In this document: piece by piece, positions 1 to 12,600 of the stretch
Layout: every line of letters starts with the position of its first letter
Numbering within the stretch: the first letter of the stretch is position 1
Assembly (NCBI RefSeq): GCF_038025025.1
Contig: NW_027117352.1
Span: 682,001-738,932 of the forward strand
Direction of reading: 5' to 3'
DNA: 56,932 bases
From: Phyllosticta citribraziliensis
Lineage: Eukaryota
Made by a program: the position numbers and the translations under genes
The notes under the pieces: generated by a model
Told to the model about the DNA's origin: nothing
Database searches by the model: none
Seen by the model: the letters and a program-made list of their open reading frames with translations, nothing else

Positions 1-215
1 AGGCATAGGTCTGTGGACAAGACGCGGACGGGTAAAGAGGTGAGTGCGCTGCGTCGGCTTACGGAGACGGAGCGGGAAGGGAAGGAGAGCGAATGCCAGC
101 CACAGCCGCAGCAGCAGCAACATGGCAGCGCAGTGAAGGCATCATGCAAACATACATATCCCACACGCCACGCCACGCTGCCTAGATCCACATGCACATC
201 AAGCCATCCCCTCCC

Positions 216-2600
216 TCACATAACGACGCAATTCCTCCCGGCAGTCTGCTGGCACTGCTCCAAATACCCCTCCTCCTCGGCGCCGCCCAGCGCCTTCCCC
301 TGCGGCCGCTTAACGCCGACAATCTTAATCTTCTGCTCGCCATCGGCATGCCACCACTTGAGCGTCTGGATCAAGCCACCTTCCTCGTCGTCGACGCTGA
401 TGGCCCACTTGCCGCCGCTGGCCTCGACGTGCGTGCTTCCGGGCGGGAAGTGCCAGTCGGGGAGGAAGATGACGGTCGGCAGGTCCGACGGCGTCGAGTT
501 GGGTGCTCTGAGTGAGAGAGTGAAGGTGCAGTTGCGGAGGTCGAAGACGAAGGCCTGGAGGTTGCCGTGGACCACGACGGGAGCGGGGCGGAGGTAGGCT
601 TCGGCGGCTCGATATCCGACCTTGTCTGGTGCGCCGGTGCCAGCTCCGGATCCGTTTGTTGTCATGCTCTCTGAAGACAACGTCTGTTTGATGTTTGATG
701 GCGAGACTCGTGCCGTGTCCGTCGACTGGCTTCGAGAGTAGGCTGGCGATTCGGGATCGGCTGTCTGTGGCGGAGAGGCTGAAGTTGGCAACTCGGGGTC
801 GTCGAGCGAGAAGATGGAGAGATCTTCCCCGTTCCAATGGTCTCCCCACTTGTGTGAATTCTGCAACGCATTAGGTCTGATCATGTGGATGAGAAAATAA
901 AGCACTCACTTTTGCACAGTACACCCAAAGGCTGAAGCCGGCGGCGTGACTTGCTTCCAGGGCAAAGTGGTTCGCGTCCATGGCGGCAATCTGGCTCGAA
1001 TAGTCCCCCGTCTTGTAGGCATATCTGTCGTCCATGTCGTAAGGAATTCCAAATTCTGTAAATACACAAGGGTGCTCTCCCATGTAAGTGTTTCCTTCTT
1101 CCTGTATGGCGGCCAACTGATCGCGGAAGCAGTTCCTGATGGCGGTCTCTCCAATTTTGATGGCGAAAGCCGGAGTGAGATACTTTCCGCGAAGGACACC
1201 AAACACATCGACATTCCATATTCGGTTCCACTTTTTGGTGATGAGGGTGATGCCGTCGTAGTAATGAGGCGAAAACACCATGTTCGGGTCATCGTCTTCC
1301 GTATTCTTTATCGTCGGTGGTACCTCGAGGACGGGAGGCTGGCAGAATAGAATTGCTTCGGGGAAGACGCCTCGGACAGCGTCTCGGTGTCTTCTGTAGT
1401 ACCGCATGAACCACTTGTTGGTGAAGTATTCATAGTCAATGGGTTTGCCGTTGGAGGGATCCTTGGAGAAGTAGTCCTTCTTGAGAAGCGTGTCCGAAGA
1501 TGGATCCCAGACACCATGCTGAGCCCACAGGCATTCGCCAAGCTTCCATCCCGGATCTCTTTTGAAGCCGTAATGCGTCTCGTCGTAATCGGGCTGCAGC
1601 CAAATCGTCTGCCCCTCTGGATCCACCAATGCTGACCCAGACTTGTAAGGGCCGAGGCCTCCAAAGTCCCACGTCTCAATCTCACAAGCTCGGCCCGAAG
1701 CAGTGAGTATGGCCTGCCATGCTGTGGGCGTTGTTCCTTTGCGCAGCTTCTGCTCCTCTGGGATGACTGAAATGTCCCGGTAGCCCACCAGTCCGCGGTT
1801 CGGTTCGTTCAAGCTCTCCCACCCGATGACGACATCGTTCTCCAAATCCTCGGCCTCGTGGATGCGCTGGGCCAAGTGCTTGCAGGCGTCGATGAAGTGT
1901 TTCTGCAAGTAATCCTCGATGTTCATGCCGTTGATGATGGCTTTGGGCGCAAACTCGCGGCCAGCGAAAAAGAGTGTAAAGATCAATTGACAGGCCGCCC
2001 TCGTGTAGTTGGTAGACCAGATCATTTTCGGGAATTCTTCAGGATTTGGGTAGGTATTCTGGACCAGGCTTGCCTCGGTAATGTCAAAAGCTCGCGGATT
2101 CAGACCACAGGCATACACGGTCCACAGCGGTGCGCCCGATCCGCCGGCAAATCTGGACCACTGTGGCGGGTGTTAGAAGGCTTTGGGTGCTTTGCGCAAT
2201 TGGCTATTCTACGTACGACGTCCTGATGTGGATCCATCCAGATGTAGAAGCCATAGTCTTTTGCAATTCGAAGCACGGCTATGGTGTGCTGGATCCACTC
2301 CTCGTCGTACTTGGCGGGCCCTGCATGCTCAATGGCCTCCCATGTGAAGATGTAACGGATTGCATTGTAGCCGAGTCGCTTCAGGCGTCGGAAGTGGTCG
2401 TGTGCGGATTCGAGAGAAAAGGGGCGGCCGACAAAGGAGACGTCGTCGGCATCGAAGAAGTCGTCAGGAATGTGAGAGGGCAGATCTGGATTTGCGGGAT
2501 ATTTGGCGTCGCCGGCGACGTTGATGCCGTGGAGAGTGACCTCGCGGTGGTGTGGGTCCCGGAAGTGGCGGCCTTGGACGCGCAGGCGGAGCGGAGACAT
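216..2600 (-). CDS. GH5 family glycoside hydrolase, ergosteryl-beta-glucosidase / EGCrP2-like (3 exons; introns 2161-2216 and 861-909)
   Basis: ATG at 2600 (MSPLRLRVQGRHFRD). Motifs IRYIFTWEAIEHAGP, MDPHQDV|WSRFAGGSGAP, acid/base region WESLNEP, nucleophile region FTEFGIPYD and WNGEDLSIFS. GT..AG introns join the three ORF-track fragments in frame. Confidence 0.88.
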
Positions 2601-2680
2601 GGTGGTGGAGTGAGGGCGATGGAGGAGGGATTGAGGTGGAGGGGAGGGATTGGGATAAGAATGGAGGAGAATAGGCTGCA

Positions 2681-2704
2681 GGGTGAGGGTGAGGGTGAGG
2701 GTGA
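2681..2704. repeat. (GGGTGA)4 hexanucleotide microsatellite upstream of the GH5 gene
   Basis: gggtgagggtgagggtgagggtga read directly. Confidence 0.85.
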
Positions 2705-3303
2705 GAGGAAAGGCGCCCCAATTACGAAAGCGGAGGCGTGAGCGTAGGCGGAGGGTCGTCATCAGATGTCCACCCACCGCAGGCAGTCCGGGTCCAAGTC
2801 GGGACCAAACCGAGGGAGGGCAGCGGGAGGAGGCAGGGATCGTCGCTCCCTCGCGGGCGGAGGTCCAGTGCGGAGGAGGGACCAGGGAGGAGGGACGAAG
2901 TGTGGCGCTGAGGCTGAGTGGCTGAGGCTGTGAAGTACCAACTGGAACCGAACTCTACATGTACCTTACGAGGTGAACCGACCGTCGGTCCAGGCACACC
3001 ACCAGAACAAGACCTCAAGGCTGGAGACTATCTCTGCAAGTGAACAAGCTCCATGGCACTTGGCATGTAACCGTAACTAATGGTGGTCGACTCTCGCCGC
3101 GCGATCGATAAGCGTACCCGCAGGCCCGTGCACCAACATTGTCTTCGGTTTGGCCAGCTATCCTCATGGATGCTATTTCCATTCCCCTTCCACCCTCTTC
3201 CGACTCGGCCGCGCTTCTATTAATTCAGCGCTCTTCTTTCTTGCGTCTGGCTCGCGACAACATCCCCACGCTCGTTTCTCTCTGACCCGCGCCCTTCGCG
3301 ACC

Positions 3304-4902
3304 ATGCGCCTCCCTCTGTGTGCATTGGCCCTCGGGGCTCTCCCACTCGCCCTGGCCCTCTCCTCTTCCAACATTCCGCCAGACACGCCAGTTTCCGACC
3401 TCATATCCACCGCTAATGCCAACTTGGCTGCCGGCAACGCCCACGATGCTCTCGCCTTCTTCGACGCCGCCGTCTCGCGGAACCCGCAAGACTACTTGAC
3501 CATCTTCAAGCGCGGCGCAACCTACCTCTCCCTCGGCAAAAACAACCAGGCCCAACAAGACTTTGATCGCGTTCTCGCCCTCAAACCTGACTTTGAAGGT
3601 GCCCTGCTTCAAAGGGCCAAGCTCAAAGGCTGGCATGGTGATTGGGCTGCCGCGAAATCGGACTACACCAAGGCCGGAAAGCCCGCAGGCCACGAGGTTT
3701 CCGAACTGGAAGAGGCCGAGGGCGCCGCCACCCTCGCCGCCGAGGCAGAAGCCCGCGGAGACTGGGAGAGCTGTGTCACAAATGCTGGAGTCGCCGTCAT
3801 GGTTGCCGCGGGGAACGTCGACCTCCGGAGGCGGCGAGCGAGGTGTCGGTTCGAAAAGGGCGAGGTCGCCGAGGGCGTCAACGACTTGCAGCGCGTTCTG
3901 CAAATTCACTCTGGATCCATCGAGCCGCACCTCCAAAGCTCCGCCATGACGTTTTACTCGCTTGGCGAAACCGACAAGGGCTTGTCGCAGATTCGCAAGT
4001 GTCTGCAATCCGATCCCGACTCCAAGGCTTGTATGAAGCTCATGAAGCGAGAAAAGGCCATTGACAAGAGGGTGAAGAAGGCCAAGGGCTTCATGGACAA
4101 GAGGCAATACGCGAGCGCTGCGAAGTTCCTCGTCAAATCGTCCGATGACGCCGGTCTGATTGAAGATGTCAAGCACGACACCAAAGACTTCAAGGAGCAA
4201 GGATACATTCACGCCAAATCGCCCGAGGGACTGTACGTGGACATGGTGGAGATGGCATGTGAGGCCTATGTCGAAATGAACAACAAGAAGCGGGCAGGGC
4301 CATTGTGCGCGGACGCCCTCAAGCTGAACCCCAACAATCTTCACGGTCTCATCCTCGACGCGGAGCGCAAGCTCGATGCAGATGAATTCGAGCCTGCAGT
4401 CCACACACTCAACGACGCATTGGAAAAGGCAAAGGAACAGGGCAACCAGTCTTTGCAACGCAAGATTCAAGAGCTGCTCCAAAAGGCCCAAACTCTTCTC
4501 AAGAGGGCCAAGTCAAAGGATTACTACAAGGTTCTTGGAGTCAGCAGGGACGCCGAAGAGCGGGAGATCAAAAAGGCATATCGCAAGCTCTCCAAGAAGT
4601 ACCACCCAGACAAGGCATCGTCAGAGGGCGTCACTCCTGAGGAGGCGCAAAAGAAGATGGCGAGCATCAACGAAGCCTACGAGGTGCTCAGCGACCCTGA
4701 GCTGAAGGCGCGCTTCGACCGCGGCGATGACCCCAACGACCACGAGCAGGCTAGCAACCCGTTCCACGGTTCGCCTTTCGGACAGGGTCCCGGAGGTCAA
4801 CCGGTGTTCATGCGGCAAGGGTCTGGAGGGACGTTCAAATTCCAAGCAGGCGGCGGGTTCCCCGGTGGCGGGTTCCAGTTCCCTGGAGGGTTTGGTTTTT
4901 AG
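3304..4902 (+). CDS. ER co-chaperone with TPR repeats and C-terminal J domain (P58IPK/DNAJC3/Dnj1-like), intronless
   Basis: Signal peptide ([20 protein letters not shown]), TPR-like helices, J domain DYYKVLGV...KKYHPDK...[12 protein letters not shown], and a Gly/Phe-rich tail. Confidence 0.92.
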   Translation: MRLPLCALALGALPLALALSSSNIPPDTPVSDLISTANANLAAGNAHDALAFFDAAVSRNPQDYLTIFKRGATYLSLGKNNQAQQDFDRVLALKPDFEGALLQRAKLKGWHGDWAAAKSDYTKAGKPAGHEVSELEEAEGAATLAAEAEARGDWESCVTNAGVAVMVAAGNVDLRRRRARCRFEKGEVAEGVNDLQRVLQIHSGSIEPHLQSSAMTFYSLGETDKGLSQIRKCLQSDPDSKACMKLMKREKAIDKRVKKAKGFMDKRQYASAAKFLVKSSDDAGLIEDVKHDTKDFKEQGYIHAKSPEGLYVDMVEMACEAYVEMNNKKRAGPLCADALKLNPNNLHGLILDAERKLDADEFEPAVHTLNDALEKAKEQGNQSLQRKIQELLQKAQTLLKRAKSKDYYKVLGVSRDAEEREIKKAYRKLSKKYHPDKASSEGVTPEEAQKKMASINEAYEVLSDPELKARFDRGDDPNDHEQASNPFHGSPFGQGPGGQPVFMRQGSGGTFKFQAGGGFPGGGFQFPGGFGF

Positions 4903-5335
4903 GCGTAGTTATCGTGCCAATCCGCCGGGTGGCATGGGGAGGAGTTTTGAGATTTTTACTGGAGTCGGACAGGTGGATTGCTTTTGGCGCTGGGTTTCAA
5001 AGAGCATCAGATTTGGTAGATGTCACAACGCGAATAGGGTCTTCGTCGTCAACTGTGGTGCACCAAGCGACGTGATGGATTTGGCGTGGACTAAATCGGG
5101 ACGGCCAACGCTCCAGGTGAACCACCAACCAGTGGCGAGCGAGCAGTGGCCGTGGCCGTGTCTCGCCTTTCATGCTGCAAGAGTTTCACATAGTCGTAGA
5201 TGAGAGCGATGTGGGACCGACGCCCTCGCGTGGGTGATCCATGTCGGCGTCCAGCCCTGGCCCGGCCTGCTGTGGCTGCGGTGTCCTTCGCTCATTGTCT
5301 GGCTGGCGCGCACGGCACTCCTCGACCACTCTCAA

Positions 5336-5357
5336 CCCTACCCTACCCTACCCTACC
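5336..5357. repeat. (CCCTA)4 pentanucleotide repeat upstream of the Ldb17-like gene
   Basis: ccctaccctaccctaccctacc read directly. Confidence 0.75.
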
Positions 5358-5439
5358 GACTTTCGCTCCCTGCCCTGGCCTATCGCGCCTGTCTTCGTGC
5401 CTGTCCTGGGGACGATGCATCTTGCGCGCCAGCAACAGA

Positions 5440-7048
5440 ATGGAATTCGAGGTGTCATACAGCCTCGATAATGCCGAGCAATTCTGGGAGGGTGCGCGCA
5501 TCCCCATCTGTCCACGCATCTGCTCCTCCGCCGTTAGCTGACCCACCCGCTCCCAGAGCTCGACGACATTCTGTCCGCGCCATGCGACACTTCGCAAGCC
5601 ATAGACAACTCCCTCCGCTCGTACCTGAGCTTCTCGACAAATTTCAAGGGTATGCCCTCGCCCTCGCGCTCGAAACCGCGCCCCCGTTGACACTTTCAGA
5701 GGAGTACCTCCAGACCGAAGACGACGTTCAGCGATGCGTCTACAAGCTACTCGCGACCACGCTGTTTGTTAAGAACAAGGAATACGTGCGCCGGCAGTTT
5801 GTGTACTGCCTTCTCCAGGTAAGGCGGTTGGATTGAATTTCTCTCGACTGCAGGCGGCCTGACGACAGACAGGAGGATGAACCGCCGACGCTGCAACTCG
5901 TTTCCTCGGTCCTGCTGCTGGACGGCCAACACGACAAGGAACAGCAAGCTTTTCACATGATGAAGGCCGAGGGGGCTTTTCCACGGCTGGTGGAGCTCAT
6001 CAAGACAATCGACGCTGCGGAGCTCAAGGACCTACACCGATCGCTCCTCCAGCTGCTCTACGAAATGTCCCGCATTCAGCGCTTGACCTCGGAAGATTTG
6101 AGTAAGCCAAGAAACACCAGAGCTTCTCCTGATCGCGTGGCTGACTGCAACAAGCCGTCGTCGACGACACTTTTGTGCTTTACCTGTTCCAGATTGTCGA
6201 GGAATTGTACGACGATCCCAACGACCCTTACTCGTACCACGTCATTAGGGTCATTGTAAGCAAGATCGTCCCCTCGCCGAACTGCTCTGCTAATAGCTTT
6301 TCAGCTCGTTTTGAATGAACAATACTTTGTTGCCAACATTCCCACCCCTCCCGTACCTCTCACGAACCGCGTCATCAAAGCCCTCTCCACGCATGGACAC
6401 ATTTACAAGACGTTCGGCGAAAACATGATTCTCCTTCTCAATCGCGAAACGGAAGCGTCCTTGACCCTGCTGATTCTGAAGCTGCTTTACCTCGTCTTTC
6501 TGAACGACAAGACGTGCGACTACTTTTATACCAACGACCTACACGTACTAATCGACATAATTATCCGAAACCTGCTGGACCTGCCCTCGGACGACCCCAC
6601 TTCAAACGCAATCAAGCACACGTACTTGCGCGTGCTGCACCCGCTGCTGGCCAACAGCCAAGTCAACCGGCCGCCGCACTACAAGCCCGAGGAGCTCTCG
6701 AAGACGCTGGAGTACCTCAGCCAGACCAACGACAACCCGTGGCGGCACTTTGAGTCCAACGACGAGACGACAATCAGGCTGGCGAAGCGGTGTGCAGACG
6801 TCGCGTGGCTGCGGCGGCGAGCCAGCATAACCAGCATGTCCCCTAGCGATGCTGACTCGGGGCGGGACAGTCCAGCGCAAGGCGACGCGGGCCACCGGGC
6901 AGCAGCGCAGCGCCTCCTGGGCATGAGCGTGCCGTCGGCAGGAGAGAGCGCGTTGAGTGTCATGGAGGTCGCGGTGCATAGAGAAAAGCCCGGCGTGCTG
7001 ACGCCGAGCAAGGAGAGGGGCACAGCTCAGAGCCAGGACGGCAATTAA
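5440..7048 (+). CDS. LDB17: Ldb17/Dip1 (SPIN90/WISH family) Arp2/3 activator, multi-exon (about 5 introns)
   Basis: ATG at 5440 ([17 protein letters not shown]). Family-like motifs [52 protein letters not shown] and [10 protein letters not shown]. Short GT..AG introns with CTRAC branch sites. Confidence 0.85.
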
Positions 7049-7245
7049 TGGTGTAATGGATCGTGCATGTACATATAACTGGGGTCGGTTGCTGTCATCT
7101 ATGCGGCTCCGGACGGGCGTTTTTGGAGTTTCGGCGGCATTGGAATGGAGGAATCTTTTCTGATGCTGGTGTGTCTTGTAATTGTCGCTTGTGCCCTGGC
7201 CCAGCAGACTAACGGACCGGGCCTCATAGGGCTGAGGGGTGCATA

Positions 7246-9205
7246 CACCATCATTTCACATCCAATTGCTAGCATCTCCACCTAATAGGGGCCCCTGTTA
7301 TATAAAATGCACTACCACATCAACTTCCTAATTAGGAAATCTATAGTCTAATACCTCTTCTTTTTCCTCCTACTCTTCTATCTAGCTATTAAAAAGTAGT
7401 TTAGTATTATAGAGGAGTAGTCTATAGTATACTATATATATTAGTTAATTTAATATATATTTAAGATTAACTCCTATAGTATATAATTATACTTAAGTAA
7501 GAGGGTAAGAATAGTAGAAAAACTAAGATTACTACTTATTTAATAGCTTTATCTATCTAATCTAAAACTCCTCCTCCCTACTATATTAGCTAGTAATTCT
7601 AGTAGTATCTAGATAAATAGTTAGCTATAGTAGTAGTATCTTTACCTACTATTATTAATTTAATTACTAAAGATAATTTATTATTCTCTTTAAATAATAG
7701 TCTTATAACTCCTCCTCCTCCTTAGCCTTATATACTTATAAATAATAAGATCTACTATACCTACTTAAAGCTTTTTAAAGTAACTTATTATATAGTCCTT
7801 ATTAATAAAGATAAGTTATATATAACTCTTAATATTTAATTAACTATACCTTATTTTAAATATCCTTAACTACTTTAATATAAGATACTACTTATCCTAT
7901 TACTAAGGAATAATTCTAAAGAGTATAACCTTATATCTTATTTATAGTAAAACCCTATTCTATATTAAATTTACTATACTATTAAAATAATAGATAGAAT
8001 TCTTATCTTTTTAGTCTACTATATTATAGACCTCTTTAGTATACCTATTTATATAATTAATTATATCCTCTAGGAGCTAATTATACCTCTTACTTACTAT
8101 AATTATAGCTAGCTTAAGCTATATTAGATCTAGTACTTAGTAGTATATAGTAGTCCTATTAAATACTACCTTATTAACTATATTATAAAGAGTACTTCTA
8201 GTTATTATATAACCTTCTAGTAACTAAAGATATATCTAGATTTACTATACTTTATTAGTACTATTTACTATATCCTTATAAATAAGGGATTCTACTATTA
8301 TATTATATATTATAACCTATAGTTAATAGACTATTTAAAGGAGCTTTAACTTATATAGGTACTACTTTATATAGATTAGACTATAGATAACTAGACTAAA
8401 ATAATCTAGACTAATAAGGTAGCTATATATAGAGGTAGTAGATTTTAAACCTTTATTATATAGTATACTAGTAAGTATCTTTATCCTAACTATATTTAAC
8501 CTTTATTTACTAAAATCCCTTATACTATAGTCTAGAGTAGTATTATAGGTATATATAAGAGTAAACTACTAATATAGAACTACTATACTTAGAGAACTAT
8601 TATATTTATAATATATATCTAGTATACTATTTCTATCCTTACCTAGTTCTTTAATTTCTACTATAGTATTACTAGTATTAAGCTAATTATCTAGTAGGAT
8701 AATATATTACTATATATTATAAAGTAAAGCCTTACTATATTTAAAGAAGTAGGTATATATATTATATAATAGCTACTAAATTCTCCTAATCTTAACCTAA
8801 TTAAGAATATCTAGTATATTATAAAGGAGTATATTAATAGTAAATAGCTATAGCTAATTACTAAGGCTACTATAGAGGTAGTAGTATATAAGGAGTAGGA
8901 TAAAATTACTAGAGAAAATATTATTAAGGCTATTTAGACTATATCTTAGTATTATTAAGATATAATTATAGTATAAGGAGGAGTAATATAGTAGTAAGAA
9001 GTATAGACTATAATTACTATTATTAATAGTATCTAATTTAATAGAGTTCCTAGTAGCTAGTAAAACTAAATATATATCTTATATATATATAATACCTATA
9101 ATGATGTCTTAAGTAAGATGACTTAATTAGAGATTAATTTATAGAGTTATCTTGTAGGTGTGGAGCGCGCTAAATGCGCTAGTAATTAGATGTGGGAAGA
9201 TGGTG
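7246..9205 (+). mobile_element. RIP-inactivated Tc1/mariner superfamily (DD34E) DNA transposon, 1960 bp, 28-bp imperfect TIRs, TA target-site duplication
   Basis: TA at 7244-45 and 9206-07. TIRs at 7246-7273 and 9178-9205 (23/28 identical). Interior is TpA-saturated and CpA/TpG/CpG-depleted. Reversing transitions in one frame restores IWTDE (8404-8418), QQDN (8692-8703) and WPPNSPDLNPIENIW (8770-8814). Confidence 0.9.
8392..8814 (+). pseudogene. Catalytic DDE core of a RIP-destroyed Tc1 transposase
   Basis: Codon positions D1 8413 (AAT<-GAT), D2 8698 (GAT) and E 8803 (AAG<-GAG) are all in one frame, with 34 residues between D2 and E. Many TAG/TAA stops sit where TGG/CAG are expected. Confidence 0.85.
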
Positions 9206-9607
9206 TACATGGATCTGAGGCTCCGTTGATGACATTGGCGGCAGATGCTACTAATTGTGGCGGCGACCCCAACCTGAATATTTATTTGGCTTCCTCTCGT
9301 ACAAGATTGCTTCAACTGTATCCATCGAGTGTCTCTTGGAATAGGATTCATCAACATGTGCTGCCCTACTTTTCTTGGTATGACATGCATGACAGTACCT
9401 CCCCGACGCCTCACTGATGACGTCTGACGGCGGGGCGGAATTTCGGCCGCCTCTGCTGCCACGGACACCTCCGCCGACAACACCACCACCGCCCTCAGCA
9501 AACACGCGCCGCGTCTCCCCACGCCGTCGCGCTTGACATGGCCCGTTTGGATTGACGACACACCCAACACCCCATCCACTTGCACAAATTCGCTTCCCTC
9601 CGACACA

Positions 9608-12600
9608 ATGGCTCCCGGCGCCAAAGCAGCTCTCAAGGCCGCAAAGGCCGCGCTGGATGCGCAGAACTGGGACGAAGCGGCCGCCCAGGCGCAGGCCGTG
9701 CTGGACGCGGACCCCCAGAACTACTTTGCGAAGCTCATGCTCGGCCGCGCGTATGAGAAGAAGGGCGACTTGGATCACGCGGCTAAAGCGTACACGGATG
9801 CTGCGACTACAAAGCCCGGTGAAGATCAGGCGTGGCTGGGCCTGCGCAGCCTTTACGAAGCCCAGGGAGCGAAGAAGCTGGACGAATATGGCAAGGTTGG
9901 GCTTAAGCTGGCTGAAATCTATGCCAATGGGTACGCTTCGCTGGTGGCGTGTCTGCTTCTCAGCTAATTCGCCAGCAGGGACGACCTCGACAAGGCGCAG
10001 ACCGCTCTTGACAAGGTGGTTGATCTTGCGCGCGCACAAGGCACAAAGGCACAGTACAGGCGTGCTTTGGAAGTCTACCTGCCTACCTCTCCCGTCTACG
10101 AATCGCTCGAAGGCCGCGTCCCGCACCCGGCGCATACCTACACCCGCATAGCCGAAATAGTTGAGGAGGAGGAGAAACAGCGCGTCAACAAAGAGATTGG
10201 CGAGAGAAGGACCAGACTTGGTGCTCGAGTGGCCCAGGTCACGACGGAAGTCAAGAGAGAGGTCTACGGGCGGAGCGACCTCGAGGACATTTACCGCAAT
10301 GTGATTGACTGGACAAACGATGACGAAACCAGGAGACAGTACGAGGAGAAGCTGCTGCAACGGGCGTACGAGACGCTGTCGGTACTGCCTGCGGAGCAAA
10401 AGGGCGACAAGAGGCCAGAGGTTGTCGACCTGGCAAACGGCATGGTCATCATAAAACATCCCTTTGCGCTGGCCTGGGAAATTGAGCTCGAGTGGAAGGA
10501 CGTGGAGGCTCTTCAAGAATACGACGCCAATGTCGTCAGAGAATTCGTGGACTTTTTCCCTGGCCATGGCTTGTCTCGGCTCTTGAAAGGCTATTTGACG
10601 AGCGACATTAGCCCGTTCCCTCTCAAGTTGCCCCAGGAGCAGAAGGAGGACGACGAGAAAAAGGAAGAGGAGCCTCCAATGAGCCCAGAAGATCGCCTCC
10701 TGCTCATGACCGAGGGCTTCGACGATGCCAAGCAGTCGGTGTTGGCGCACAGGCTCATGGGAGAGTACTACCTTTACCTCGAGGAGTACGAGAGCGCAAT
10801 GGAGGTCTCTAGGAAAGGCCTCAAGCTTGTCGCGGCAGAATCCCAAAAGTCTGGTCTTTCGCTCCAAAATTCAAGAGATGTCATGAACAGCACTCTTGCT
10901 ACTTCTCTCATCCACTATCAGTCTCCAAAGAACCACCCCGAAGCCAAGTCAATTTTCAACGACATTCTCTTACGCAAACCCTCCTTCACTCCGGCACTCA
11001 TCGGAGTCGGCCTCATCTACGAGGAGGAAGAAAAATATGCCGAAGCCATTGACTTTTTGGGCAGGGCGCTCAAGCGGGAGCCGGAAAATGCTCGCATCGG
11101 AGCTGAGGCTGCATGGTGCAAAGCGCTCAACGGAGACCACACAATTGCGCTGGCCGAACTGGAAAAGTACCTGGAAATGATGAAGACGACAGACTCGAGA
11201 TCTCGCCAACTGCGCGCTCTTACACTGTACCGCATTGGTATCTGCATCTGGGAGATTGACCCCACGAGACAAGCACGCAAAGACCGCACCGGCGCTTATG
11301 CCAGTTTCTTGCAGGCAATCAAGACGGACCCCAGCCTCGCTCCGGCCTACACCAGCCTGGGAATATTCTACTCCGACTACGTTCGCGACAGGAAGCGGGC
11401 GAGGCAGTGCCTCCAAAAGGCCTTTGAACTCTCGCCATCGGAGCTCGAAGCAGCAGAGCGTCTTGCTCGCTCCTTTGCGGACCAAGGTGACTGGGACATT
11501 GTCGAGGTGATTGCGCAGCGGGCAATTGACTCTGGTAAGTGTCGGCCATCGCCCGGTTCTAAGAAAAAGGGCGTGAGCTGGCCGTTTTCGGCCCTGGGAA
11601 TCGTCCAGATGAACAAGCAGGAATACAACAAGAGTGTCATTTCGTTCCTCTCGGCCCTTCGCATCAGCCCCGATGACTACAACTCGTACGTCGGGTTGGG
11701 AGAGAGCTACCACAACTCGGGCCGCTACAACTCGGCTCTGCGCACCTTTCGGTATGCAGAGGAGCCGACTGATGGCATGCAGATGAAGCGGCCAGCCGAG
11801 AATTGGTTCACCAAGTACATGCTGGCCAACGTCAACCGCGAGCTGGGACAATACGACGAGGCGATTGACTCGTACAAGGCGGTCCTTGAGACGAGGCCGG
11901 CCGAGTTTGGCGTGTCGATTGCCTTGCTGCAGACGCTCATCGAAAGGGGGTGGCGGCAGCTCGAGACGGGCTTCTTTGGCAAGGCCGCCGACAGCGCCGT
12001 GGACGCCTTGACAGTTGCCAAGCAGGTGGCAGAGTACAAGCCTGAGGCTTTCAACCTGTGGAAGGCGGTTGGTGATGCCTGCTCGCTGTTTTCGTGGGTG
12101 CGAAGTTGCCTGGACAAGTTGCCTCTGGCTCATGCCAAGGCGCTGCTGGAGACGGGCTTCGACACGACGCTGTTTGATTTGTTCTCCGAAACTGACGGAA
12201 TCGGTCAAGCTCAACATCAAGGGCTATCGGAGGAGCCGGAGTCTCCTGCTGGACTGCTGCGAAAGTGCCTCGAGGCTTCCATACTGGCGCACAAACGAGC
12301 CATCCACGCATGTTCCCAGGACGTCCATGCTCAAGCCGTGTCGTGGTACAACTTGGGCTGGGCGGAGCTGCGAGCACACTTGTGCTGCGAGCAGGACGTC
12401 GACCCCATTTCCAAGGGCAAGACAAATCTGAAACAGATCAAAGCTGCGATGCGGTGCTTCAAGAGGGCCATTGAGCTGGAGGCGTCAAACACGGAGTTCT
12501 GGAATGCCCTTGGAATCGTCACGACCGAACTCAACCCCAAGGTGGCGCAGCATTCGTTCGTCCGTAGCTTGCATCTCAACGAGAGAAACGTCAAGACTTG

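Noticed and set aside
3220..4491. 423-aa minus-strand ORF (likewise 9251-10867, 10970-12220, 23981-25006, 46538-47380)
   Set aside because: These are antisense shadows of recognisable genes, caused by GC3-rich codon bias; they carry no family motifs.
5336..5357. CCCTA repeats as an interstitial telomere
   Set aside because: The unit is CCCTA, not CCCTAA; it is an ordinary microsatellite.
7330..9100. AT-rich island as a mitochondrial insertion or horizontally acquired DNA
   Set aside because: The RIP dinucleotide signature, TIRs/TSD and DDE motifs explain it.
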